From contig JAZQWM010000018.1 in the NCBI GenBank assembly GCA_045632345.1, positions 201,194 to 265,193 on the forward strand: a stretch of DNA of 64,000 bases, given 5' to 3'. This stretch comes from Eubacteriales bacterium. GTDB taxonomy: Bacteria; Bacillota; Clostridia; Oscillospirales; CAG-272. A program made the translations under genes and the position numbers. Every line of letters begins with the position of its first letter. The stretch's first letter is position 1. The notes below the pieces were generated by a model. That model was not told the origin of the DNA and made no database searches. It worked only from the letters and a program-made list of their open reading frames with translations. Positions 56,240 through 64,000 of the stretch are shown piece by piece.

Positions 56240-56677
56240 TTATTTACTTTGATTGAAAATCTCTATTGCATCTGGATTAATTGTGAGCAAGAAACAGTTT
56301 CCGTTAACAAGCTCAGATTGTTGTGCCTTGTTAAGAGCCTCTTTCATGTCATCATTTTCTGCCATTGCTTTTTGTAGATCCTTATCAGATGAAAACTCCC
56401 AAACGATTGCTGTTGAAAGAGTTGAAGTAATACCGCCAATGATTGCACCTAAACCGCTATTATCACTAGATTCCTTTTGGAAAGTATGAATAGTGTAAGT
56501 AATAACACCATCATCTGTCTTGATTTCGCCGGTTTTTTCACTATCAGCGTTTTGTAAAACATAGCCTGCATTTTCAAAATCCTTCTTAATGCCACCGTAT
56601 GTAGAGCAAGAAATTAAACATGTAATTGCCATAACTAATACTAGCATTAAAGCAACTACCTTAACAAATCTTTTCAT
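56240..56677 (-). CDS. hypothetical lipoprotein
   Basis: Signal peptide with lipobox LISC. AAGGAGG RBS, own promoter and terminator. Confidence 0.65.
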   Translation of the reverse strand: MKRFVKVVALMLVLVMAITCLISCSTYGGIKKDFENAGYVLQNADSEKTGEIKTDDGVITYTIHTFQKESSDNSGLGAIIGGITSTLSTAIVWEFSSDKDLQKAMAENDDMKEALNKAQQSELVNGNCFLLTINPDAIEIFNQSK

Positions 56678-56709
56678 TTTATGAACCTCCTTTAATATTT
56701 GTCATACGT

Positions 56710-56738
56710 AGTTTATCATAAAATTTAATGTTTGTCAA
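56710..56738 (-). promoter_or_regulatory. sigma-A-type promoter of the lipoprotein gene
   Basis: Reverse strand TTGACA (56738-56733), 17 nt, TGa-TAAACT (56715-56710). Confidence 0.55.
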
Positions 56739-56764
56739 ATAAAATTTAATCTTCGGTTTAAAGT

Positions 56765-58690
56765 TTATTCATACTTAATAACAATTAGTTTATGTAAACT
56801 TAAATTATCTACTGTAAATGTAACGTTACCATCATTATATTCAAAAGGAATTTGCCCTCCATCAGGTTGAGAAATCACTTCTTTTATCGCTTCATCAACC
56901 TTAAAAGTTACCTTAATTCCATCTAGTCTTGGAAAATCTTCAAGTAAACATACGTTACCACGATTTACAGGCGGTGCATAGAGTAAATGTAGCGCATAGA
57001 ATCCTTCAGCTTCATTCTTTCTCATTCTCACTCTACCACAAGAAGGTAAGCTTTCCACCTTTAAAGATTTATTGTAAATGGCATTAAATGCTTTCATGAT
57101 ATACTTTTGTAAAATATAGTTACCAGATTTATTATATGCAGTAAAAATTGGATGTGCGAAATATAAAACGTTACCAAGCTTAACAAGAGCAGGATATTCA
57201 GCCTTTTCCATCTTAAACGGTGTATTAGCATGACCACAGAAATGAGTTACTCTGCGGTTAAAATATGGCTCATGTAAAGCTGCTAACACTTCTCCATTAC
57301 ATACAACCTTATTAGCGTTGGAATATGAAAGGAATGGTGTGCAAACCTCATCAATATCACATTGAATATAGTCAAGATCAAAGCCATTAGATCCGTAATT
57401 TTTAATTCCAAGCTCATCAAATACACTATTACCGCTCACAATAAGCTTACCGCCATTTTTAGTAAATTCAACAAGCTTCGCCTTGTCATCACTTGAAAGA
57501 GAAACCTTGTCAGGTAAAACAATACAGTTATACTTAGAAACGTCGTCTCCAGCCTCTAATACATCATATTCAAGATGCATGATTTGTAGCATCTTAGAAC
57601 ACCCCATATCTGCATCAGAGTTATGGCTTGACCACATAGCGATATCAGAATAAGCCTTTGTGTTTTCTGAATACTTCTCTATTTTGTCAGCATATTCAAA
57701 AGCATGACCAATAATATTATATGTACTTTTGTCAATTTTTCCAAGTGGGTGTAAGTGATCTCCAACCGACATAGAAGCGCCAATACTAATCATATCTGCA
57801 CATTCATATTTAAGAGCATCCTTGTTCTTAAATCCACCAAATTCACCCCATGAATGGTGGAATTTTCCTGTCATACCAAGAAAATGCTTGCCGTATTTCT
57901 CAAAATACTTAGCACGGAGTGGCATTAGGTCATATCCCCCCCAAGCGGTAGGTAAATCTTCAAGCTCATAGTGAGTTTGGTAAGGATGATACTCAGGTCT
58001 ATTCATATCAGCTCCACCATTATAGAATACAGGTGCGCCTTTTTTATAGCTATGAACAATACCTGTTAACGTTTCCATCATTTCAACGTGCTTAATTCTA
58101 TAATACTTGCGAGCATCTTCAAAAACATCAGGATTTAAGCCCATCTTTGCCATTCCTGCTTTACATTCCTCACATACGCATGCATCATCAATAAAGCAGA
58201 TATCATAGAAAACGCCGTCAGATACGTCAAATTGCTGACAAACCTCATGTGTAATTTCTTTTAAGTAGTCGAGGTAACTGCCATTCGGGCAAAGTGTTGT
58301 CCATGAACAGTTATATAACATGTCATCTGGTCCTACTTCTAATTCATTTCCATAGCATCTTGGCTTTTTAGTCCAAAAATTCACTTGATGCCATTCCGGA
58401 TGCTCATCAGCATCCTTTTTACTCCAACCCATAGTAATGTAAATAGGCGCTTTAACTCCAACTGAATGACAAGCTTCAATTTGCTCCTTTAAAAGATTAA
58501 ACTTTAAATGAGGATGCATTGTACCTACTTTTGTGGGATAGTAGGAATATCCGTGATGGCATTTTGCAAATACGGTAATTAGGTCAACGTGCGCCTCCTT
58601 TAATGTATTAGCAAACTCCTCTTTATTAAATAATTCTCCGATATTTTCAATATCAGGACTTGTGTGAAAGTCTAAATGTACACATTTCAT
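56765..58690 (-). CDS. putative glycoside hydrolase (GHL6-type barrel + beta-galactosidase-trimerisation-like domain)
   Basis: N-terminus VHLDFHTSPDI...FAKCHHGYSYYPT...HP matches my memory of the GHL6 family. Mid-region KYNCIVLPDKV...NGGKLIVSG resembles the GH42 middle domain. Confidence 0.6.
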   Translation of the reverse strand: MKCVHLDFHTSPDIENIGELFNKEEFANTLKEAHVDLITVFAKCHHGYSYYPTKVGTMHPHLKFNLLKEQIEACHSVGVKAPIYITMGWSKKDADEHPEWHQVNFWTKKPRCYGNELEVGPDDMLYNCSWTTLCPNGSYLDYLKEITHEVCQQFDVSDGVFYDICFIDDACVCEECKAGMAKMGLNPDVFEDARKYYRIKHVEMMETLTGIVHSYKKGAPVFYNGGADMNRPEYHPYQTHYELEDLPTAWGGYDLMPLRAKYFEKYGKHFLGMTGKFHHSWGEFGGFKNKDALKYECADMISIGASMSVGDHLHPLGKIDKSTYNIIGHAFEYADKIEKYSENTKAYSDIAMWSSHNSDADMGCSKMLQIMHLEYDVLEAGDDVSKYNCIVLPDKVSLSSDDKAKLVEFTKNGGKLIVSGNSVFDELGIKNYGSNGFDLDYIQCDIDEVCTPFLSYSNANKVVCNGEVLAALHEPYFNRRVTHFCGHANTPFKMEKAEYPALVKLGNVLYFAHPIFTAYNKSGNYILQKYIMKAFNAIYNKSLKVESLPSCGRVRMRKNEAEGFYALHLLYAPPVNRGNVCLLEDFPRLDGIKVTFKVDEAIKEVISQPDGGQIPFEYNDGNVTFTVDNLSLHKLIVIKYE

Positions 58691-59253
58691 TTTCTCTTAT
58701 TCTCCATGCATTGTGATAAAATTTTATATACTTTTTTAGTATCCTTAATTCCAAAAATTCCCGACGTGCTTGAATAGCTTCTACCGTTATTGTATCTTAC
58801 TTCTCCTGTTAAAAAGAAAATTGAACCTATATCGTTATCATCACACTTCATTTGTATATTTGAAATGTTTTCATATCTATATTCTTGAACGTACTGTCTT
58901 TTACCTGTATGAACAATCAAGGCTCTTTTATTAGTTAAAGCATATACCATATTTTTTCTTTTTGCAAAACTAACTATATGTCTAAAAAATAACAGATATA
59001 GTCCTACAATAACAAACGGAATGCCAAACAACGGAAAAATATTAAATGTCCCATCAGTCGATTCAGTTGACATATAGGCAGAAAAAACCCAAAATACAGA
59101 AAAAGATAACCAAACTACGCCAAAAAGTGTAGTAAAAATATCCGCTGACGTGAAAACAAATTTTTTTGCAGGCTTATCACACCATACAACGTCTTCATTT
59201 ACATCTAAATAGGGATTAACTTCAAGCTTTAAATTATAATTATTATCTTCCAT
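58687..59253 (-). CDS. hypothetical two-TM membrane protein with soluble C-terminal domain
   Basis: 188 aa. ATGA overlap with the downstream hydrolase gene; GGGGAG RBS. No family recognised. Confidence 0.5.
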   Translation of the reverse strand: MEDNNYNLKLEVNPYLDVNEDVVWCDKPAKKFVFTSADIFTTLFGVVWLSFSVFWVFSAYMSTESTDGTFNIFPLFGIPFVIVGLYLLFFRHIVSFAKRKNMVYALTNKRALIVHTGKRQYVQEYRYENISNIQMKCDDNDIGSIFFLTGEVRYNNGRSYSSTSGIFGIKDTKKVYKILSQCMENKRK

Positions 59254-59281
59254 AAAATACTCCCCTTATAGTACTAAACAT

Positions 59282-59310
59282 ATTTTACCATAGAAAGACA
59301 TTATTTTCAA
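59282..59310 (-). promoter_or_regulatory. probable promoter of the membrane-protein/GHL6 pair
   Basis: Reverse strand TTGAAA (59310-59305), 17 nt, TGg-TAAAAT (59287-59282). Confidence 0.5.
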
Positions 59311-59321
59311 GACAAATTTAC

Positions 59322-59350
59322 TTGACTGTACCCAAAAATAATGATAGAAT
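59322..59350 (+). promoter_or_regulatory. probable promoter of the SDR gene
   Basis: TTGACT (59322-59327), 17 nt, TGa-TAGAAT (59345-59350). Confidence 0.5.
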
Positions 59351-59364
59351 ATCATAAAAGGTAG

Positions 59365-60111
59365 GTGTTAAAATTGAAGATTGCCGTTATTAGCGGAGCA
59401 TCATCAGGCATAGGATTAGAATTTGCAAAATTACTAGACAATTACAGTCTTGATGAACTGTGGTTAATTTCAAGAAACGAAAATAAGTTAAATGAACTCA
59501 GTAAATCATTCGAAACTAAAACAAGGAATATCTGTGTTGATTTATCAGAAAGCGCGGCATATGAGCACATAAAAAAACTGTTAAAACAAATTTCTCCAGA
59601 AATTAGATTTTTAATTTGCTCAGCTGGCGTTGGATACAATGGTCAATTAAGCGATTTAAACGAAAACAAAATCATAGAAACAATATCACTTAATTGTACT
59701 TCTCTTACATTATTAAATAGACTATCTTTGGATTATTTATCAAAAGACTCAAGAATTATTAATATTTCATCCGGAGCAGCTTTTATACCACAACCATACT
59801 TTTCTGTATATGCAGCTTCAAAATCCTATGTAAATAGTTTTTCTTTGGCATTAAACAAAGAGTTAAAATCAAAAAAAGCATACGTAACCACCGTTTGCCC
59901 GGGTCCGGTTGATACTCCATTTTTTTCTTCTCTTGAAAACGTTAAAGAATACAAGAAAAAATTTATAATTTCTCCTAAATCTGTCGCCACAGGGGCTATT
60001 AAAGCATCAAAAAGAAAAAAACGTATCTATACACCTACTTTAGCGATTAAAATTGTTCAAATAGCGTCTAAAATTTTGCCAACATCAATACTATTAAAAT
60101 TCTATAAATAA
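59365..60111 (+). CDS. short-chain dehydrogenase/reductase (SDR)
   Basis: VISGASSGIG cofactor motif and YAASKSY catalytic YxxxK. Start may be TTG 59374 (GGTAGGTG 6 nt upstream). Confidence 0.85.
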   Translation: MLKLKIAVISGASSGIGLEFAKLLDNYSLDELWLISRNENKLNELSKSFETKTRNICVDLSESAAYEHIKKLLKQISPEIRFLICSAGVGYNGQLSDLNENKIIETISLNCTSLTLLNRLSLDYLSKDSRIINISSGAAFIPQPYFSVYAASKSYVNSFSLALNKELKSKKAYVTTVCPGPVDTPFFSSLENVKEYKKKFIISPKSVATGAIKASKRKKRIYTPTLAIKIVQIASKILPTSILLKFYK

Positions 60112-60112
60112 A

Positions 60113-60144
60113 AAAGAGTTTACCATAATCTTGGTAAACTCTTT
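60113..60144. terminator. bidirectional terminator shared by the SDR gene and the plsY...isomerase operon
   Basis: AAAGAGTTTACCA-taatct-TGGTAAACTCTTT, flanked by an A-run and a T-run. Confidence 0.7.
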
Positions 60145-60149
60145 TTTCA

Positions 60150-60962
60150 TTAATACTTAATATTTTTCATATAATTAAAGCTTAATTGTGCGCACTCTAA
60201 ACGAGATTTTCCCATTGATGGTTCATCTTGTTCAGCAATAATCCATAATGCACCTGCGTCCCTTGCAGCATCAACAATTTGTTGAATATTTTGTTTACCT
60301 TGACCGAGAGGTCTATATTCAAAGGTGTTTACAACCTCTTGCTCTTCACTGTCAATACCGATAAGCTTGTACATATTTTTATTCTTTTCGCCAACAAAGT
60401 CTTTAAGGTGAACAACTGGTGCTCTGCCTGTATATTTTAATACGTATTCAGATGGATTTTCACCCGCTACGTTAACCCAGCAAGTATCGATTTCTGTTTT
60501 TAATAAATCAGCAGAAACCTCGCTGTAAAGCTCATCTAGTGCATATGCACCGTTTTCTGTCTTAACAAACTCAAAATCGTGGTTGTGGTATAAAAGCTCA
60601 ATTCCATATTTATTGCAAGCTTCACCGATTTTTTTGATGTTTGCTACTACTTCTGGATATTTTTCAGTACCGTATCTTAAATCTTCAGGTAAGTAAGGAA
60701 TTGCTATGTATTTGCAACCGATTACATTATAAGTTTTAACAGTTTCTTCAATATCAACCATTAAATCTTGATATGATACGTGCGCAGAAATTGGAATAAG
60801 GTCGGCTTCTGCAAACATTACTTTAACCTCTTCGCCTGTTTTCCCATAAAGGCCGGCAAGCTCTCCACCTTCATAGCCCATTTCTCTTACCTTTTTAAGA
60901 GTGCCTAAAAAGTCCTTTTCTAAATTTTCTCTTACTGAATATAATTGTAAACCTAATTTCAT
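60150..60962 (-). CDS. sugar phosphate isomerase/epimerase (xylose-isomerase-like TIM barrel)
   Basis: MKLGLQLYSVRE start, HNHDFEF, and DTCW motifs typical of the AP-endonuclease-2/XI-like TIM-barrel family. Confidence 0.8.
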   Translation of the reverse strand: MKLGLQLYSVRENLEKDFLGTLKKVREMGYEGGELAGLYGKTGEEVKVMFAEADLIPISAHVSYQDLMVDIEETVKTYNVIGCKYIAIPYLPEDLRYGTEKYPEVVANIKKIGEACNKYGIELLYHNHDFEFVKTENGAYALDELYSEVSADLLKTEIDTCWVNVAGENPSEYVLKYTGRAPVVHLKDFVGEKNKNMYKLIGIDSEEQEVVNTFEYRPLGQGKQNIQQIVDAARDAGALWIIAEQDEPSMGKSRLECAQLSFNYMKNIKY

Positions 60963-60964
60963 AT

Positions 60965-61660
60965 TTACACCTCATATATTTTTACAAAATTTTTTACTAT
61001 TTCAATTGATTGATTTGCAGCTTTTTCTGCGAAGGTAGCATAATCCATTTCTGCGCCTTCTCCATCTGAAATAGCTCTTATAATGCCAAATGGAATGTTA
61101 TTTATATAGCAGGCATGTCCAATCGCTCCGCCTTCCATTTCGCACGCAATCGCTCCAAATTCATTGTTAAGAGCATTTTTCTCGCTTGGTGCAGATATAA
61201 ACTTGTCTCCCGATGCGATTGTGCCACACAAATATTTGCAGGATTGTATTTCAGCTGATTTAACAAACGTATTTACAACGTTTAAATTAGCATCAAAGTA
61301 AATAACGTTTATTCCGGAAACTAGTCCTTTTGGATCTCCTAATGGACTTGTATCCATGTCATGTTGCACTACGTTATTTGCTATTGCAACGTTTAAAACG
61401 CCAAGATCTTTAGTTAAAGAACCGGCTACACCTGAATTGATAATAACAGATGGCTGGTACTCTAAAATCATTGTTTGAGCACAAATTGCGGCAAAAACCT
61501 TGCCTATACCGCATTTTGCAACTACTACATTCTTATTAAATAAATTTCCACTATAAAATTTAATACCACTTATTGTTTTTTCGCTTACGTTTAACATTGA
61601 GGAAACTATTCCGTTAACCTCAATATCCATAGCACCTATAATTCCAATAACATTACTCAT
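60965..61660 (-). CDS. mtnN: 5'-methylthioadenosine/S-adenosylhomocysteine nucleosidase
   Basis: IGIIGAMDIEV, CGIGKVFAA, CEMEGGAIGH, IRAISD motifs. Confidence 0.9.
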   Translation of the reverse strand: MSNVIGIIGAMDIEVNGIVSSMLNVSEKTISGIKFYSGNLFNKNVVVAKCGIGKVFAAICAQTMILEYQPSVIINSGVAGSLTKDLGVLNVAIANNVVQHDMDTSPLGDPKGLVSGINVIYFDANLNVVNTFVKSAEIQSCKYLCGTIASGDKFISAPSEKNALNNEFGAIACEMEGGAIGHACYINNIPFGIIRAISDGEGAEMDYATFAEKAANQSIEIVKNFVKIYEV

Positions 61661-62105
61661 ACTTAAATGTAACCTCCTTGGAATTCAGAACGTCTAAATA
61701 TCTTTTAGCTTCGATTTGTGCAGCCTCAAGATTAAGATTTCGGTAGTTGCCGCATTCTTCCCTAGTATTACCAAAAATTTCGCCTTTATGGTTAACAATT
61801 TTTGTTAAAACATCCTTTATAACGTCAAGGGTCTTGTAGTCATTTTCATCTCTTACAAGCAAATAAAAGCCTGTTTGACATCCCATAGGACCGAAATAAA
61901 TAACCTTTTTTCCGATTTCGGAATTTCTTACGTACGTAGCAAACATATGCTCAAGTGAATGAATGGTTAGATTGTCAATATAATCTCCCATATTAGGCTT
62001 TCTCATTCTCATATCATAAGTAGTAATATCACCATCAATTCTTGAAACATAGATACCCTCTGTAATTTTATCGTGATTTACTGTAAAACTTGCTATTCTT
62101 TCCAT
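61653..62105 (-). CDS. luxS: S-ribosylhomocysteine lyase
   Basis: HSLEHMFA metal motif and GPMGCQTGFY; 150 aa; 8-nt overlap with mtnN. Confidence 0.93.
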   Translation of the reverse strand: MERIASFTVNHDKITEGIYVSRIDGDITTYDMRMRKPNMGDYIDNLTIHSLEHMFATYVRNSEIGKKVIYFGPMGCQTGFYLLVRDENDYKTLDVIKDVLTKIVNHKGEIFGNTREECGNYRNLNLEAAQIEAKRYLDVLNSKEVTFKYE

Positions 62106-62133
62106 AATTACCTCTAAATATTGAGAGAAATAT

Positions 62134-63297
62134 TTACTTTCCTAGTAAGAATTTTTTTATGTTTTCGTATTGTTGTTTTAATTCTTCTTGCTTTTCTTTG
62201 TTTACACTTTTCTTTTTTATGGCTCTAAGCATGATATTTTTAGGCGTATCCTCAGGGTCAATTAGCTCCAAGGCATCAACCTTATAACCCTCACTTTCAA
62301 GCTTTAAAAGTCTTAAAGAATCAGTTAAAGCATCGCACATTTTTTGTCTCAGCATTGAATGCTTTGTTACAAAAGATAATGCATCACAATTTATAGTATG
62401 ATTCAGTTCATGATGACAGCAAGGTGTTGATAAAATAACATCCGCTCCATTTTCACTTGCTTTGTTCAAAACAATATCTGTCGCAATATCACATGCATGA
62501 AGTGAAATCACAAGATGTGGCTTAAGCACCATATCATATTTTATGATATCTCCACATACAAATTGCATTTCTTCAAAGCCTAAACGTTTTGCAGTATTTG
62601 CGCAATACTCTATTACGTCGCTCTTTAAATCAACACAAATCATCTGAACGTTCACATTAAGAACATTTTTAAAATAATGATACACAGCGAAGCTAAGATA
62701 GCTTTTTCCACAGCACAAATCATAAACATTCACGTTATCCTTTGGTAATTTGTCCTTAATAGATTCAATATGCTCAACAAATTTATTGATTTGTCGGAAC
62801 TTAGCTTGCATTTTGTCTCTTATTCTGCCCGTTTCATCGCTGATACCAAGCTTCTTTAAAAAGTCCTCATTGCCAGATAAAATGTAATTTTTAGTTTTAT
62901 TATTAGAAACAATCTCTACGCCTTGTGCTTCGCCCTTTGTTAGTGCAGAACGAATTTTTTTATCTCCAATAAGTGTTTCCTTACCGCTTTTTGCTCTCAT
63001 ATATTGGCAATCGCCAACAGTAGAAACAATATTGATTTGGCTATAATTTGCAAAAATATCTCTTAATTCCTTAATAAAATCATCCTTGATATTTCTGTGA
63101 TACGCCTTATTGTCCTTTGAAAAAGTTTCAATTTGTAACACATGCGCTTCCGAAATAAGCTTCATTGTAGCAACGCTTTTTATTTCATCAGCTAAGTCTG
63201 GCTTAGATAGTATTATCTTTTTCAAGGAATTGCTTTCAATCAACAGAGACGCAAGATTGCTTAAAGAATCAAGTGCCTCACTTTTAACGTTTTTCAT
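62134..63297 (-). CDS. class I SAM-dependent methyltransferase, substrate unknown
   Basis: VYDLCCGKSYLS (motif I) and SLHACDIATD in the C-terminal half. ~180 aa N-terminal domain not recognised. Confidence 0.7.
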   Translation of the reverse strand: MKNVKSEALDSLSNLASLLIESNSLKKIILSKPDLADEIKSVATMKLISEAHVLQIETFSKDNKAYHRNIKDDFIKELRDIFANYSQINIVSTVGDCQYMRAKSGKETLIGDKKIRSALTKGEAQGVEIVSNNKTKNYILSGNEDFLKKLGISDETGRIRDKMQAKFRQINKFVEHIESIKDKLPKDNVNVYDLCCGKSYLSFAVYHYFKNVLNVNVQMICVDLKSDVIEYCANTAKRLGFEEMQFVCGDIIKYDMVLKPHLVISLHACDIATDIVLNKASENGADVILSTPCCHHELNHTINCDALSFVTKHSMLRQKMCDALTDSLRLLKLESEGYKVDALELIDPEDTPKNIMLRAIKKKSVNKEKQEELKQQYENIKKFLLGK

Positions 63298-63299
63298 TA

Positions 63300-64000
63300 T
63301 TAATCCTCATCCTTGTAGGATTTTTTGTCTTTTTTATCTTTATTTTTTCCGAAGGAAATAGTTGATTCCTTGTGATTGTAAATGCGCTTGATGTTTTCTC
63401 TGTGTAAATACACCACAAATAACGCACATATGGTAGCTATAATAATGTGAGGCCCGGGACCGACAACGTTAAATAGCACAAATGGATACGTTATCATAAT
63501 CATAATTGATGCTAAGGATACCATTCTAAATGCAAACAAAACAGTTAAAAATATAAATAGCATAATTAAAAACACCACAGGATTTGTAAATAGACACATG
63601 GCAGATATACAAACAACGCCTTTTCCACCCTTAAATTTAAAGAATATTGGATACGCATGACCTAAAATACAGAAAAATCCCGCAATAAACGCTCCTGTAT
63701 ATCCGATTACAAGTCTTGCTAAAATCACCGCTACAGCAGTTTTGGAAATATCACCTAAGAATGTCAAAATTGCAGCCTTTTTACCGTATGTTCTTAACAT
63801 ATTAGTGGCGCCGGCATTTCCGCTTCCGGAATCGCGAATATCCTTGCCATATCTATCCTTAGATATTATAACACTAAAATTAATGCTTCCAAGAAAATAA
63901 GAGCAAATGGAAATAGCGGCTATACAAATTAAAAGAACTGTGTACCAATTTTCGCTATTTTCATAGTTAAACCCAAAATAACCTTTATTGATTAGCTCTT
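63300..64000 (-). CDS. plsY: glycerol-3-phosphate acyltransferase PlsY (5' end not resolved within window)
   Basis: Extending the track ORF upstream by hand gives ...WYTVLLICIAAISICSYFLGSINFSVIISKDRYGKDIRDSGSGNAGATNMLRTYGKK (GSGNxGATN motif). The frame stays open to position 64000 with no ATG/GTG/TTG upstream of TM1. Confidence 0.85.
   Translation of the reverse strand, partial: ELINKGYFGFNYENSENWYTVLLICIAAISICSYFLGSINFSVIISKDRYGKDIRDSGSGNAGATNMLRTYGKKAAILTFLGDISKTAVAVILARLVIGYTGAFIAGFFCILGHAYPIFFKFKGGKGVVCISAMCLFTNPVVFLIMLFIFLTVLFAFRMVSLASIMIMITYPFVLFNVVGPGPHIIIATICALFVVYLHRENIKRIYNHKESTISFGKNKDKKDKKSYKDED

Noticed and set aside
1-64000. Search for tRNA/rRNA genes, CRISPR arrays, IS elements, integrases or prophage blocks
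   Set aside because: All intergenic gaps longer than 70 nt are AT-rich promoter or terminator regions without GC-rich cloverleaf stems. I saw no spaced direct repeats, terminal inverted repeats, or transposase/integrase-like ORFs. tRNAscan or Infernal were not available, so small ncRNAs cannot be excluded.

Overview
AT-rich, gene-dense chromosomal segment of a low-GC Firmicute, most likely a spore-forming Clostridia-type organism (pdaA-like gene, glgBCDAP-type glycogen operon, glnS and luxS present). All calls rest on hand translation, remembered family motifs and hand-located promoters and hairpins. No BLAST, HMM or RNA-covariance search was possible. I support 61 protein-coding features (one a likely gene remnant). 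Three are absent or misplaced in the ORF track: partial dnaE at the left edge, rpsU (58 aa) and a 58-aa membrane peptide. plsY runs off the right edge.

Positions 1-50645 are almost entirely minus-strand housekeeping genes:
- dnaE-whiA-murB-recN-argR-tlyA-ispA-xseBA-nusB
- rpsU
- leuS-rsfS-yqeK-nadD-yhbY-rdgB-ftsY-smc-rnc-plsX-trmFO-topA-dprA
- rplT-rpmI-infC with an L20-type leader
- glnS-gltX
- glgB-C-D-A-P plus a GH13 gene

These genes are packed with overlaps or gaps of 31 nt or less. Positions 50.6-64 kb are mixed-strand and more accessory: proC, two CE4 deacetylases, a VTC-domain/DUF4956 pair, a GHL6-type hydrolase cluster, an SDR, and a plsY-methyltransferase-luxS-mtnN-isomerase operon.

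Nearly every real intergenic gap holds a recognisable sigma-A promoter (TTGACA-like, 17 nt, TATAAT-like, usually with an extended TGn) and/or a hairpin plus T-run terminator. I saw no tRNA, rRNA, CRISPR array, IS element or prophage.

The best candidate for an undescribed system is the translationally coupled VTC-domain (Vtc4-like triphosphate tunnel) plus DUF4956 membrane pair at 54.6-56.2 kb. Other small oddities:
- an XRE-Nudix-membrane islet, including a Nudix ORF with no stop codon before its terminator
- a G+C-rich gene remnant
- an exported Ada-like zinc-knuckle lipoprotein
- a domain-permuted GH3

Most of the window is ordinary core genome.
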